Shown piece after piece: positions 16,134 to 28,883 of a DNA stretch of 64,000 bases; within the stretch, counting starts at the first letter, position 1; each line of letters starts with the position of its first letter. The DNA is from Paraspadella gotoi. Taxonomy: Eukaryota; Animalia; Chaetognatha. The DNA lies in assembly GCA_051294375.1 (NCBI GenBank), contig CM119269.1, forward strand, positions 6,396,541-6,460,540. Reading direction: 5' to 3'. Both the position numbers and the translations under genes were made by a program. Under the pieces are notes generated by a model. It had not been told where the DNA came from and searched no databases. It saw nothing but the letters and a program-made list of their open reading frames with translations.

Positions 16134-17325
16134 TACAACACAATTGTATTGACTTTCTTAAAATTACAATTTAAGGGATCATTAACAACCGGTTTGCGAT
16201 GTAGACGCCTACAAGATTATGTTTTAAGGTTTTCTTTTGAAATACTTCTAGTCAGGAAAACTCGATTGTCAAGAATACAGTGGAATCGAATTATAGCAAA
16301 AGGTGTTCGTCTCGTTTGAGAGAAAAGAAAAACCAACAAAGTAGGGGGGGGGAAATTAAGCAAGATCAGAAAGAAGATTATGGAAAAGAGAAACACGGAC
16401 AGGAAAATCTAAAGTAGGGAGAAAGACTTAAATTGCGTTAAATGGAAACGACGTGAAACAAGAGAAGAGAGTAACAGAAAGAAAAAAAAAAGAGTAAATC
16501 GCATCGAAGAAATGAGGAACGGGAGTTAACTAGGAAACTTATCAGCGAGGGATGTAATATGATGTTTATAACTTTTTATTTTGCATTTGAAAATTTGATT
16601 TAACAATAAAAAAAATAGTTTCAAGTGATCCGAGAAAAGAAAGTGAGTGACGGAGAGGTAAAGAGAAAAGAGGCTAGTGGCGATTATGAAGGAAAACAAG
16701 GAAAAACTTCATGGGATTCAACTCGACTACAAAACCAACAAGAAGGAGAATAATAAAAACAACATAAACAACAACAAAAATAACCTCAGACTAAAATAAT
16801 AGAAAAAAAAAATTAACAAACAGCAATTATCATAAAAGCAAAACAAAAACCAATAAAGACAAAAACAAAAAAAAAACCCAGCAATACAACCACAACGACA
16901 ACGATCACAAAAACAACAATATAAGCAACAAAAAAAAAAACAACAACGATCACAAGAACAACAACGACGACGAGCGCCGAGAGCTTCTTTCGCAGGTGGC
17001 GCGACTCGGCGGTGAGGATTCGAGCAAATGCGTCGGATACAACGGAAGTAAACAACCCGGAGGGAAAGCAGGGGGCGGCGGCGACGGCGGCAGCGGCTGC
17101 GGCGGCAGCGGCGGTGGAGGCGGCAAAGAGGAGGCGGCGGCGATGACAAAGACTGAGGAGGCGACGCTATTACGGGAACCGGTGTCAGTGGTGGCGCCAG
17201 CGGCTGTGACGGCGGCGGCGGCGGCGGCGGCGGCGGGAAAGTGAGACAAGAAAAAAAATTATGTTTCACTCTTAACTTCTCTTCTAATTTCTGTCACGGA
17301 TTAAATCTCGTCACGGAAATTCTTG

Positions 17326-17415
17326 CCGCAGCCGCCGCATCCGCTTCAGCCGCCGCATCCGCTTCAGCCGCCGCGTCCGCTTCAGCCGCCGCATCCGCTT
17401 CAGCCGCCGCAGCCG
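17326..17415. repeat. 18-bp GC-rich tandem repeat (GCCGCCGCATCCGCTTCA)
   Basis: Direct reading, about 4.5 units. Confidence 0.88.
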
Positions 17416-19020
17416 TCGCAGTACGACTGTCTCCTACGCGTTACGTTGGAGACAGAGTTGCAAGACCCTCGCTAACATCCGACCTCGTCTTCCAACTGAG
17501 CCACCTTCTCTAACTCCGATCACCTCAGCTTCCACTACGACCACTCCCTTTTCTACATCTGACTAGAAACCACTAGAGTGAAGTGAAAGTTTGGAATCAA
17601 AATTTAACAGTTTAGCATTTTAAATATAGTTTTTTTTATTTTTTCAATTTATTTTTACGTAATCTGAATTTTTTAAAAAGGAAAATACTTTCTTTTCTCT
17701 ACTTTTTGCAACGAATCCAAATCCTTCACTAATGTAAAAATTTTAAAAATAATTTTTATGGGTTTTTATTCTTAAATTCTATATGCTAGATTTTAATTTC
17801 ATAAAATATTATTATTTTCACGTTACTCTAGTCTAATAACCACCCCCTTCTCCCCTTTCCCACCCAACCACAAAGTTCCACCACAACAACCCCTCTTCCG
17901 CCTTCAACCCCACCATCCCACCGCGACCACCTCCAACATCCAACCACCCCCCTCCAATCCACCCTCCACCCTATTAGAATCTTCTCTTTTCAAATCGTCA
18001 TCTTCTTTTTCTTCCCCAAATAAATCTGCAGAGATTTTCGAATCTCGATGTATACGCAAATCTTTTTTCTTCCTTTTTTTTTCTTCTCATAATCGCATTA
18101 GAGTCGCAGATGCAATTTTCCTCTCTTTTCCTTTTTCCTCAAGACGCAATGAGACGTAATTTTTTTTTGGTCGCTCTGTCTGACTGACTGTTGGTAGATA
18201 TTATATCAAAAGGTTGAGCGAAACGCTAAAAAGTTGGTTATGTATATTAGTATTAAAACAAATAAAAAGAAGAGCATCAGGAAAGAAAATAAAACTATGC
18301 TATTACAATTATGATATTATTCGATGAAAATTTAAAAAAAAACCTTTAATAAAGAAAAGTAGGGTTAATGTTTGTACGGATTTTTAATAATTTGGAAAGA
18401 GCCGCTACAAATTGAACCTTAAAAAAACTTTTTTTTTTAATAATTTTTTTTCTTTCTCATCCTTTAATATTTTTTTACAGTTTCTTTGTCTGCTTTCTGA
18501 TTTTCCCCCCATTTTTGTGTTTTTTTTTGTGTTTTTTTTTTTTTTATTAATTCTATTTTAATGTCGGAATTTCTTCGTGTTTTGCACTGATAGTCGAAAA
18601 ATGTGAAAAGAGGACGACGACGACGACAACGACGATGATGATAACCAAGACGCCGACAGCAATACAGAAGACAACCAATCTTTGTCAACAAACAAGAAGA
18701 TGGTGATGTCTGTAAACAGTCGCAGATGTTTTCATACACCATAGATTACCGAATATTGTTCTCCGTTTTCCCCGGCAATGCGATTTTTGTCTATGTGTGT
18801 CTTTATTGTCCTTAAAAGATAAAACCGACGACGACGACGACGACGNNNNNNNNNNCGACGACGGTCCAGTCACGCCCATGATCGAGGGGCGCGGAATTCC
18901 GGCGAATCCATTATGCAAATGAAGGCATTACTCTTAATCTCGTGGGAACGAGGCCTGAAAATAACCGATAAACGAATTTTTTTAAAACCCGAAATTGACA
19001 GTTTTTTCTCCTAGAGTTAA

Positions 19021-19093
<73 letters not shown>

Positions 19094-19535
19094 TTAATAA
19101 TAATAATTTTTGTATTTGTTTTATCAATTCATATATTCTCTCTTTAGTTTTTATTATATTTATTGTTGCTTGCTTACTTTTATTGTCTCCCGTAAGAAAC
19201 ATAAAACATACCTCAAATTTGAATCCCTGATTCTAAATCTCTCTCTCTCTCTCTTTGCACTTTTCCACCACGCATCCTTAGTCAAATTTTAGCGACATCA
19301 AATACGCGACTCAAAGAAAAGCAAGAAGGTAAGAATAAAGCGCTGAAACCAAATACCAAAAAAATTAAAAAATGGCAGAAAAGTTCACAAAAAGCGATAA
19401 AAAATGAATATAAAAATAAAAAATAAATAAATAAAGCAAAGAAACTGTTTTCTCGCTTCTCCGACCTCAAGAAAGAAAGCGGCGAGAAATTTCGTCTATC
19501 GGTTTATCGGTTTATTATTCCCGTCTCGTGGGAAA

Positions 19536-19596
<61 letters not shown>

Positions 19597-22500
19597 TTCT
19601 CCTTTCCTTCCAACGCAGACTTTTTTAAAATCAATATTTTTTATTAAAACCCTCGACTCAAGACTCGAGAGTCGAGCAATCTCGCTTGGATCCAGATGCC
19701 CTTTTGTCGGATCCGCGATTTCACAAGTCGCTTTCATCGCCCTCTCTCGTCTGTGACAGAAAATCTCGTAAATAAAGATGTTCTCTATTTTTTTTTGATT
19801 GACGATTTCATTTGTCTCATCGATCTCCATTTCTCGATGTCATTTTGTTTGTTCGTTGTTGAATTCAGATTGACTTCTGTTTGATTCGCTATTGCAATTA
19901 CGCAATGTAGCCTGTTCAAAGTCATAGTTATTTGAAAAAAAGGATAATTTTTGTTTTAATTTTACAATTGAAATCTAAACTCCCTCTATCGTAATCGCCC
20001 TAAAGTCTCCTAGAATCCAGATGCTATCTTGTTTATTCATCGACTTCATCCCATTCGGATCTCGCCTCCTTTTAAAATTTACGCTCCTTCGGCTCACAAC
20101 TGCCAACCCCCAGACCTCTCCTTACCTTTTTCTCACAATCACAGACTAAACAATAATCATCAAGGTGATTGTCACGTCCTCTCCTCGTCTCCAGCAATCA
20201 TCGACCAATCTTCCAATCACAGGCTACATTTTCTTTACTACTGCCCCCTTCCGGACCCCTAACCCCTCCACATCCCCTGTCTCTCCCGGTCACCTCTTCC
20301 ACACCAACGACCTCTAGAAACGTCAACAGCTCAACTCCGACGCGCAGCTGAGAGCAAATCGAAGGAAACAAAATGTCAAGATGACGAAGACGTCGTCGTC
20401 ATCGTCGTCGTCATCTTCGTCGACGTCGTCGTCATCTTCGTCGTCGTCATCGTCGACGTCGTCGTCATCGTCATCTTCGTCGTCGTCATCGTCGTCGTCG
20501 TCATCTTCGTCGTCTTAATCGTCTGGTTTATCGTCCTTCGTTAAAAAATTAACGTCGGCGTCGTAAACATCAAAGTCGTCGTCATATCGTCCTTTCTATT
20601 GTCGTCGTTTTCGTCGTCGTCGTTATCTTCTACGTCTTGATTTTTGTCGTCGTCGTCTTGGTAGTCATCGTCGTCGTCGTCGTCTTCCTCGTCGTTCGCG
20701 AAATGGGAAAATCTCTGGCAATGAAGAGAAAATCACGATTTCATTTCCCTCGGTTCGTGCATCGGGAGGCAAGCATGCTTGGTGGCTGGGACGTGTAGAG
20801 CTTAGAGGGGTAGTCGCTAGACGGTGCACATCGTCCACAAAGTCAATGGAACAAAAAAGATAATAAAGAAAAATTAAAGAGAAAGCGACAGTTGACAAGA
20901 TGTTACTGATGAGAGAAAAAAATTAAGTTATGCAAAAAAAATTCTATTAAAAGCATTATTTTAGAAATTATCTAATTTAATTTAGAAATTACTGTAATTA
21001 CTGTAATTATATATTTGTAATTTAAAAAGTCACAATAATGATGATGACATTAAAAAGAATCTTTTATGAAATGAAATGACGATGAAGAGGACGCCGATGA
21101 CGATGACGACGACGATAATGACGACGACGCCGACGACGATAATGACGACGACGACGACCCCACTTTGAGATTTAATTCCCCATTGAATCCATTTGTGCTC
21201 TTTCGAGACGAGGGAATAGAAAAGGGGTTCGACTTGGTGAGGAAAAGGGAAAAAATGATCATAAAACTTTTGAGGGCCAAAAAAGAAAGAGGCGAAAAAA
21301 AAGGAAGGATGGAAAATGTAGGGTTAAAAAAAAAAAACCAAATCTGAAAAAAGGTGAAAATTTTATGAAAAATACGGCATCGATAGGAGACAGAAATAAT
21401 GGAAAAAATGATGTAAGAATAGAAAATATAATAATCAACGAAACTCGAGCTGTTTTAAAGGAAGAAAAAGGAAAACAAGAAAATTAAAAACAATTAAGAA
21501 CGGAAGAAAATATAGAAATAGAGTAAATATTAGGAAAAAAAGGAAAAACAAGAAAATGCATAGAAAAACAAAGAGAAGAAAAAGAGAAGAAAGGGGAAAG
21601 AAGAAAAAAATAAAAGGAGAATAAAAAGGAAGAAGAGAATGAACGTTTGGGGGGAAAACTCATTGGAAGGATATGGTATAAAAAGGAGAAAAGGGAAAAC
21701 GCAAAGGAAAAGAGTAAAAGAAAAGAGAGAGGCTTTAGTCTTTTCAAAAAAGGGGAAAAAAAAGGAATAAGGGAAAGGGAAAGCGAGGATCGATGCCCCA
21801 GAAACGTCGGGGAAAAGCGGAGGAGATTCTGGGTGCCATAGATTCCATTTAAGGTTGGGCCTCTTTTGTCCTTGAGCCGATTCCTTTCAGGACGAGATTC
21901 AGATTCGTCTTGGTTACTCTGATTGGACCGACTTTTATCGCCGCCCCCACTCGAACGCCCCCTTCATTCTCACTCCCGGTGAAAAGGGGGGGTGTGAAAC
22001 TAATGGGGAGAGGTCGAGAGGAGGAAGAGCTTTCTCTCTTCAAAGGGAGGGTGGGGGGTGGACAACGCGGTTCCATTCTCACGGCCTCCATAGTTCACAG
22101 TCTCTCTCTTTCTTTTTCTCATCGTGAATCCTCCCCCAGCATCTTCTACATCATCTTCTCCATCATTTTCCTGACCCTCGATGGACCTTCGGTTGGTAAC
22201 AATCTCCATTTCCCACGCAGTCCTCCTTTCTTTTCCCGCCAAATTCAGGAACTTTTTTTTTTCTAGATTTTTTTTTCCTTTTAAGGATATTTTCGGTGTT
22301 TTTTCTTGGGGCCTTATTTTATTATATTTTTTCTTTTATCTTCATACTATCATAAAAGTTCTATTCTTTATTCACTCTTCTCTAGTTAAATATAACGTGT
22401 CTGTCTTAAAGACGGTCTCTAAATTTTTAATATATTTTAAAGTATTTTCAATTTTTAGCCTTTCTGAAACCATTTCAATTTGGGTTTTTAATTGTTATTT

Positions 22501-23483
22501 TTAACCTCCTCATTTTTTTCCCCCGGTTTCTCTGTTTTATTTTCAATATTTTTTCTAAATGTTTTTTTCCTTCTTTTCTTTTTCTCACTTCTTTCCTTTC
22601 CTTTACCCATTACATCCCTAATTTCCTTTCCTTTACCCATTACATCCCTAATTTCCAATCTCTATTTTCTCATCATTACTTTCCTGATCTTTTTCAAACA
22701 AAATCTAAAACGATTCTCGTCTGCTCCCGCCGATAAAGCAGCCGGAGAAGCAGCGCAGCAGCCGCGGAACCAGACGCAGCAGCGGCGGCCGAAACGGCCA
22801 TTTTCCCCTGAGGCGTCGCGGTCTCTTTCATTCCATAAAGTCGCGATTAAGGATTCGCCGGGTCGCCCCCTCTCCATTTCCATTCGGGCATGAGAACATA
22901 AGAACATCGATGACACTTTGACAATTGCCATTAGTATTAACGTTAATATCGTTATGACAGTCATTTTTAGGAATGATTATCGTTCTTTCTGCCATTTCGA
23001 TCATCGTTGGCTCCGTAAGGTTTCGCTGGCATTGCCACCGACCAATGGACGGTTTCCTCAATTAAAGATAATTTTACTCAACGTGATACATGAATTAAGT
23101 TATTGTACGGATTCAACGTTAGTTATTCCACGTTAATACAAAAAAAACTTATTTTTATAGATAAAAAAATTCTCACTTTTCCTGCCTTGACATTCAAAAC
23201 GTTTAGTATTTAACATCTGTGTGACGGATTAACTTTTTTTTTCAGATGATTTAAAACAACGAGTTTTTAAAAACATTTTTTTCCTTTTTTTCCTCAAGAT
23301 TGGCCAATGGGGAAGCGTGGCTGCAAATTCTCTCTCTTTCATGAGTCATTCCGCAAAAGAGCATGAAGCATGCAATTCTGCAATCTGCAATCTTTGTTTA
23401 TAATTCATGACAAAATTAATATTTTAAGTTTCAGCTGGCAGAGGAAGATTATTTTTTGTTTTGTTTTTGAGAGCTGGGAAAAT

Positions 23484-23609
<126 letters not shown>

Positions 23610-24236
23610 TCAGAGACAGAGATCAATTCCAGTGTGGTAAAAACCAACGGGGCGTTACCTTGGGCGTAGATCAAAAATTTGAGGATAAAAGATCCGAATT
23701 TTGGTGAAATGAAGAATTTGACGTCTCGATCATTCTTCGATCCAGATTTCAGAGAATCCATTTTTGGTTTTTGGTTTTTGTTTTTCTCTTTTGTCTTTGT
23801 CCTTTTTTTTTTATTAACGAAGGCGCGCCTTCGCAAATTTATCCAAGTTTTTTTTTTAAGAATCAAAATGCGTTTCAGTTTATTTGTTTTTTGTTTTGTT
23901 TTTTTTTAGCGATTTTGTTTTTCGGTTTTGTTTTTGATTTATCTCGATCTTTCATTCGTTGGGAATCGCTTCGCCCCTCTAGCGGTCGACGTTCAGTGTT
24001 TTCTCGCGTCCGCCGTAACGAACCGCGCCCATCGTGGCGAGTTAGAGATGACGACGACGACGACGACGACGACGCAGAGGGAGAGCGAAGTCCAACCGTC
24101 AAAGGCCGAGAGATTTGCTCAATGTTTTCGTGGATTAGTAGAGAAATTGAATTAGAGTCGGACGAGGAGGGGAGACGAGGGCGGACGTAGAATCTGAGAA
24201 ATAAATGAGCAAAACCCAGGGAATTAGAAAATGGGA

Positions 24237-25009
<773 letters not shown>

Positions 25010-25556
25010 TTGCTAATTGATTTATGACACACAAAACGAGTGGATAAGAAAACAGTAAATTATCGCTAAAAATAAAAAAGTTGACGGAAAAGCGCTCATG
25101 ACGGCGACATAAAAAGGAAGAGGAAGAAACCAATAACAAAGAACAATGTCATTAACGATGACAGTAAGAACAATAAGGAGAACAATGAGATGAACATCAA
25201 AACATCGAAAAGGAAGAATGATGATTACGATGATGACGGTGATTACGATGATGATTTTTTTCGTTTTTTTTTTTTTTGGCGCCGAATCAAAATCCGCGCA
25301 AAAATGTAAAATTGTCGTCGTCATCGTCGTCGTTGTCTCATTTCCTCATTGTGGATTTGGCTGCGAAACTCGTCGTCGTCCTCTTCCGAGTTGTCGCTGC
25401 TCATAACTGCTTCATCTTCATTCACGGGGGAGGGGGGGGAGAGGGCTGAGCCATGTAGGGTAGGGGGGTGGAGACTGGGGAGGGACAGAACTACAAGACT
25501 CTTTGTCTTCCCCATCGCTTTTCTCCATCAGCTTTAATCGCATTTGCTCTTTTTTA

Positions 25557-26236
25557 TCGGCAGATCCCGACTCTATAATTTACTTTGTCGGTCCGTCGGT
25601 CTGCCCCCTCATTATTCATTATTGGAAGGATGGATTGTAATAAAATTTTGTGTGTGGGTAGGGAAGTCGGTGATTGTGGAAATGTGTTTAAATGGAAAAA
25701 ACCCAAAAATTCTATTTTACTATTTGAACGCCAATTACTCATGAGTGAATGAGGCGATTGACCTGAAATTTTGTATGTGGGTAGGAAAGTGTGTGATTAA
25801 TCTGGAAATCAAGTTTCGATGGAATCGTCTGGGTGAAAATGAGTTTAAATGGAAGAAAACCTGTTTCACTAATTGATTATGCTTTTTTTATATTAAATGT
25901 AAATAGAAGATGTATTAATTATTCAAATAATTAATCAGTTAATTAATCAATTAGTCAATAAATTAATCAATAATGAAATAATCGGTCAATTAATCAATCA
26001 ATTAATTATTTAATCAATCAATTTATTTTTCTATTAATTAATTATTCAATCTTTCCATTTATTTATCAATTAATTAATCAATCAATCATTCAATCAAGTC
26101 AATTGTTATCGGCATTATTGTCGTCGTCGCCATCATCATCATCGTTGCTTTAGTTGTGGTCAGTGACACAAAGAATAATTAATTAATTACCGCTAATGAT
26201 CGTGGGCAGATCCGACATTGTTTGAACAAACTTGTT
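25557..26236 (+). mobile_element. Non-autonomous Helentron/DINE-1-like element (HINE family 1), 5' hairpin partly deleted
   Basis: GCAGATCCCGACTCTATAAT head; 3' subTIR GCAGATCCGAC plus short hairpin and CTTGTT tail; T-runs on both flanks. Confidence 0.8.
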
Positions 26237-26329
26237 TTTTCGTCTTTTTTGATTTTTTTGGTCTTCTTTGTTTTTTTTGGTCTTTTTTGCTTTTTTTTTT
26301 CTTTTTCGCTTATTCTCCCCCCCTTCTTT

Positions 26330-26993
26330 GATTAATTAGACAATTAATTAATTTATTTTATCCAAAATGTTTGTTTTGATTGATTAATTAATTATTTATT
26401 AATTAATTAACTAATTGATTAATTAACTGATTAATTATTTGATTAATTAATACATCTTGTATTTACATTTAAAATAAAAAGAAAAAGAAGCATAATCAAT
26501 TAGTGAAACAGGTTCTTTGTTTTTTCCATTTAAACTCATTTCCACTCAAACAATTCCATCGAAACTTGATTTCCAGTTTAATCACACACCTTTCTACCCA
26601 AATACAAAATTTTAAGTCAATCGCCCTACCCACTCATGAGTAATTGGTGTTCAAATAGTGAAATATATTTTTTTGTTTTTTCCATTTAAACTCATTTCCA
26701 CTCGGATGATTCCATCGAAACTTCATATCCAGCTCAATCACACACTTCCCTATCCATACACAAAATTTCATTCCAATCCATCCATCTAATCACGTTTAAT
26801 TGGTATTTTTTGCTAAGGCGGGACGGACGGACGGACGGACGGACGGACGGACGGACATCGTTTTTTTGCATAATTTATCATAATTCGATGTTCTGACATG
26901 ATATAAGTGAATGCCCGACAAGATTGAGGGGGCGGACCGACGGACCGACAAAGTAAATTATAGAGTCGGGATCTGCTGAAAGCAGATCCGACT
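26330..26993 (-). mobile_element. HINE family 1, 3'-truncated
   Basis: Intact 5' hairpin AGTCGGATCTGC-tttca-GCAGATCCCGACT, (GTCC)n tract and central repeat units. Confidence 0.82.
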
Positions 26994-27213
26994 AAAAAAT
27001 AGAGATTGAAACAAAAATTGTCAAACGAGGAGAGTCTTTTCGTCATAAAGAGGACCAGCTGTATCGAGAGCGCTCATTAAGAGAGACTCGGTTTCCATGG
27101 AGACCGTTCGTCCAAAGTTAATGAGACGCAAAGTTAATTCTCGTCGAATCAAAAAAAAAAAATGAGGGGGGGGGGAGTAATTACGAAAGCTTTGAATATC
27201 GACTTAATTTTTT

Positions 27214-27598
27214 TGTAGTAATTTATCAACAAGATATGAGGGGTGGACATATAAACGGATAAAATGGTTTATAGCATCGAAGGAACGGAATCGAAATCAA
27301 ATCGGAATTGAATCGGAATCGAATCGGAATCGAATCGGGATCGAATCGGATCGGCGACGCGAGTGATTTCAACCAAGGACTCGATGATTGGATGAATCAC
27401 CATCGGAATCTGACCAATGAGAAGAGGGGCTTCATGCCATCGGGAAAAGGAGCCCACGTCGCTGATCCGGTTACCCTGTATAAATAGGAAACGTTTTTGT
27501 ATTGAATTCATTCTGTCTCACACCGTTCTTCGCTTGTTATATTTCTCAGAATAAATCCACTTTTGGTTTCATGTTGAAATCTCTGTCTACTTACTTAA
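27214..27598 (+). mobile_element. Probable LTR (~385 bp) followed by a tRNA-Leu primer-binding site
   Basis: TGTAGTAA..TTACTTAA imperfect ends; CCAAT (~27415), TATAAATA (~27479) and AATAAA (~27550) in LTR order; TGGTGGCAGCGGTGGGAT starts 3 nt downstream. Confidence 0.65.
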
Positions 27599-27601
27599 AT
27601 G

Positions 27602-27644
27602 TGGTGGCAGCGGTGGGATTCGAACCCACGCCTCCGAAGAGACT
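27602..27644 (-). pseudogene. 3' half of tRNA-Leu including the CCA end (43 nt)
   Basis: Minus strand AGTCTCTTCGGAGGCGTGGGTTCGAATCCCACCGCTGCCA-CCA matches the variable arm, T arm and acceptor of metazoan tRNA-Leu(AAG/TAG type) as I recall it; anticodon and 5' half absent. Confidence 0.9.
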
Positions 27645-28392
27645 AAAATTATATATTATTTTTTTTTTCATTATCCTATATTTAATCATATCCTTACTAC
27701 TAAATATTATTTAATAAAGAAAACCATGATGTTTTCAATGATGTTTTGATGACGATTTCAATCACCGATTTTTTTTTATGGCTACATACACTACGCCATG
27801 CTAACTTTCATCGTGTCCTATCTATCTAATAGTTAGGTAGTGATGTAAAAATGTGTTAACGTCAGCAAAGAGTGTAACCCATATTTTAAAGATAGGCCAA
27901 CTTATCTCCAAAGCAAAAAGGAGAATCAAAAGTATAGTAAAAAACAACCCTCTATTTCCGGCCATCCTTAAAGAAACTGAAGAAGAGAAGTCACAATCCC
28001 ACAAATCTCCTCTCACGTTCTGCTATGATGAAGAATAAGTCCCTAATAATGTTTTTCGTTCGCTTTTTATTAACAAATTAATTAACGATTAATTATTTAC
28101 TAAAAGGTCATTTAGGCCGCAGAAAGCGTGCCCAGGGCCGTATCCGTAGATTCATTCATTCATTCATTCTCTATCTATTCTAGGTAGAATGGATATGGTG
28201 AGTCGTTGAGCTTCACCACGGCACTTAGTGTTCGATCTCCAGTGGCATATCCCGGCTTTATTCGAATATCCGAAAAATGGGAATTTTTTTGCTCCAAATT
28301 GATAACCGCAGGGATCCGGGCTGAAAGGTGAAAGAGCAATAAACATTTTTGAATTGGGTTGTTGCACTCAAGCTTTTAAATATTTAATATAT

Positions 28393-28594
28393 GAAATTGG
28401 TACAACCAATATAAAAATTATCCATCCATTTAATAAATAAGCTATCTTGTCCCTGACTTTGGACAGGCTTTGGTGGTTTAAGGCCTCCATCACACTTGCA
28501 AGATAATAACATTTCTGCAAGCTTTTAATCAAGCCTCTCTCACAGACTTGTTTATTCACTCCCAGTGAACCTGGCTTCCCTATCAATGAAGTGG
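28393..28594 (-). mobile_element. Element X copy
   Basis: Absent from the paralogous site at ~43303; flanked by tatat/tatat. Confidence 0.85.
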
Positions 28595-28883
28595 TATATA
28601 AAATATATAATAAATGACAAATATATTTTTTTTAATTTTTTTTTTTAAGAACGGATTCCTATAAAGCTTAAAAAGTTAAATAAAAGTTAGTACTATAATT
28701 TTTTTAAATTTTGACTATAAATTGGCTAAAAATAGAAAAAAAAACATAAAAAATCATCATCATCATTATCATTGGCTGAATTTTATGGTCTTTTAAAATT
28801 TTCATCAATAAAACGAAAACATTTTAAAAAGTTGAAATAAGAACCTTTATCTAACTTTTAAAGCTCAATAAGAATCTATTAAA

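Noticed and set aside
27602-27644. Functional tRNA-Leu gene
   Set aside because: Only the 3' 43 nt are present; no D arm, A box or anticodon.
28100-28380. Repeat shared with 43015-43300, first suspected to be a SINE or HDV-like ribozyme
   Set aside because: It is the last exon and 3' flank of the duplicated unnamed-domain gene; no HDV-like fold is evident.
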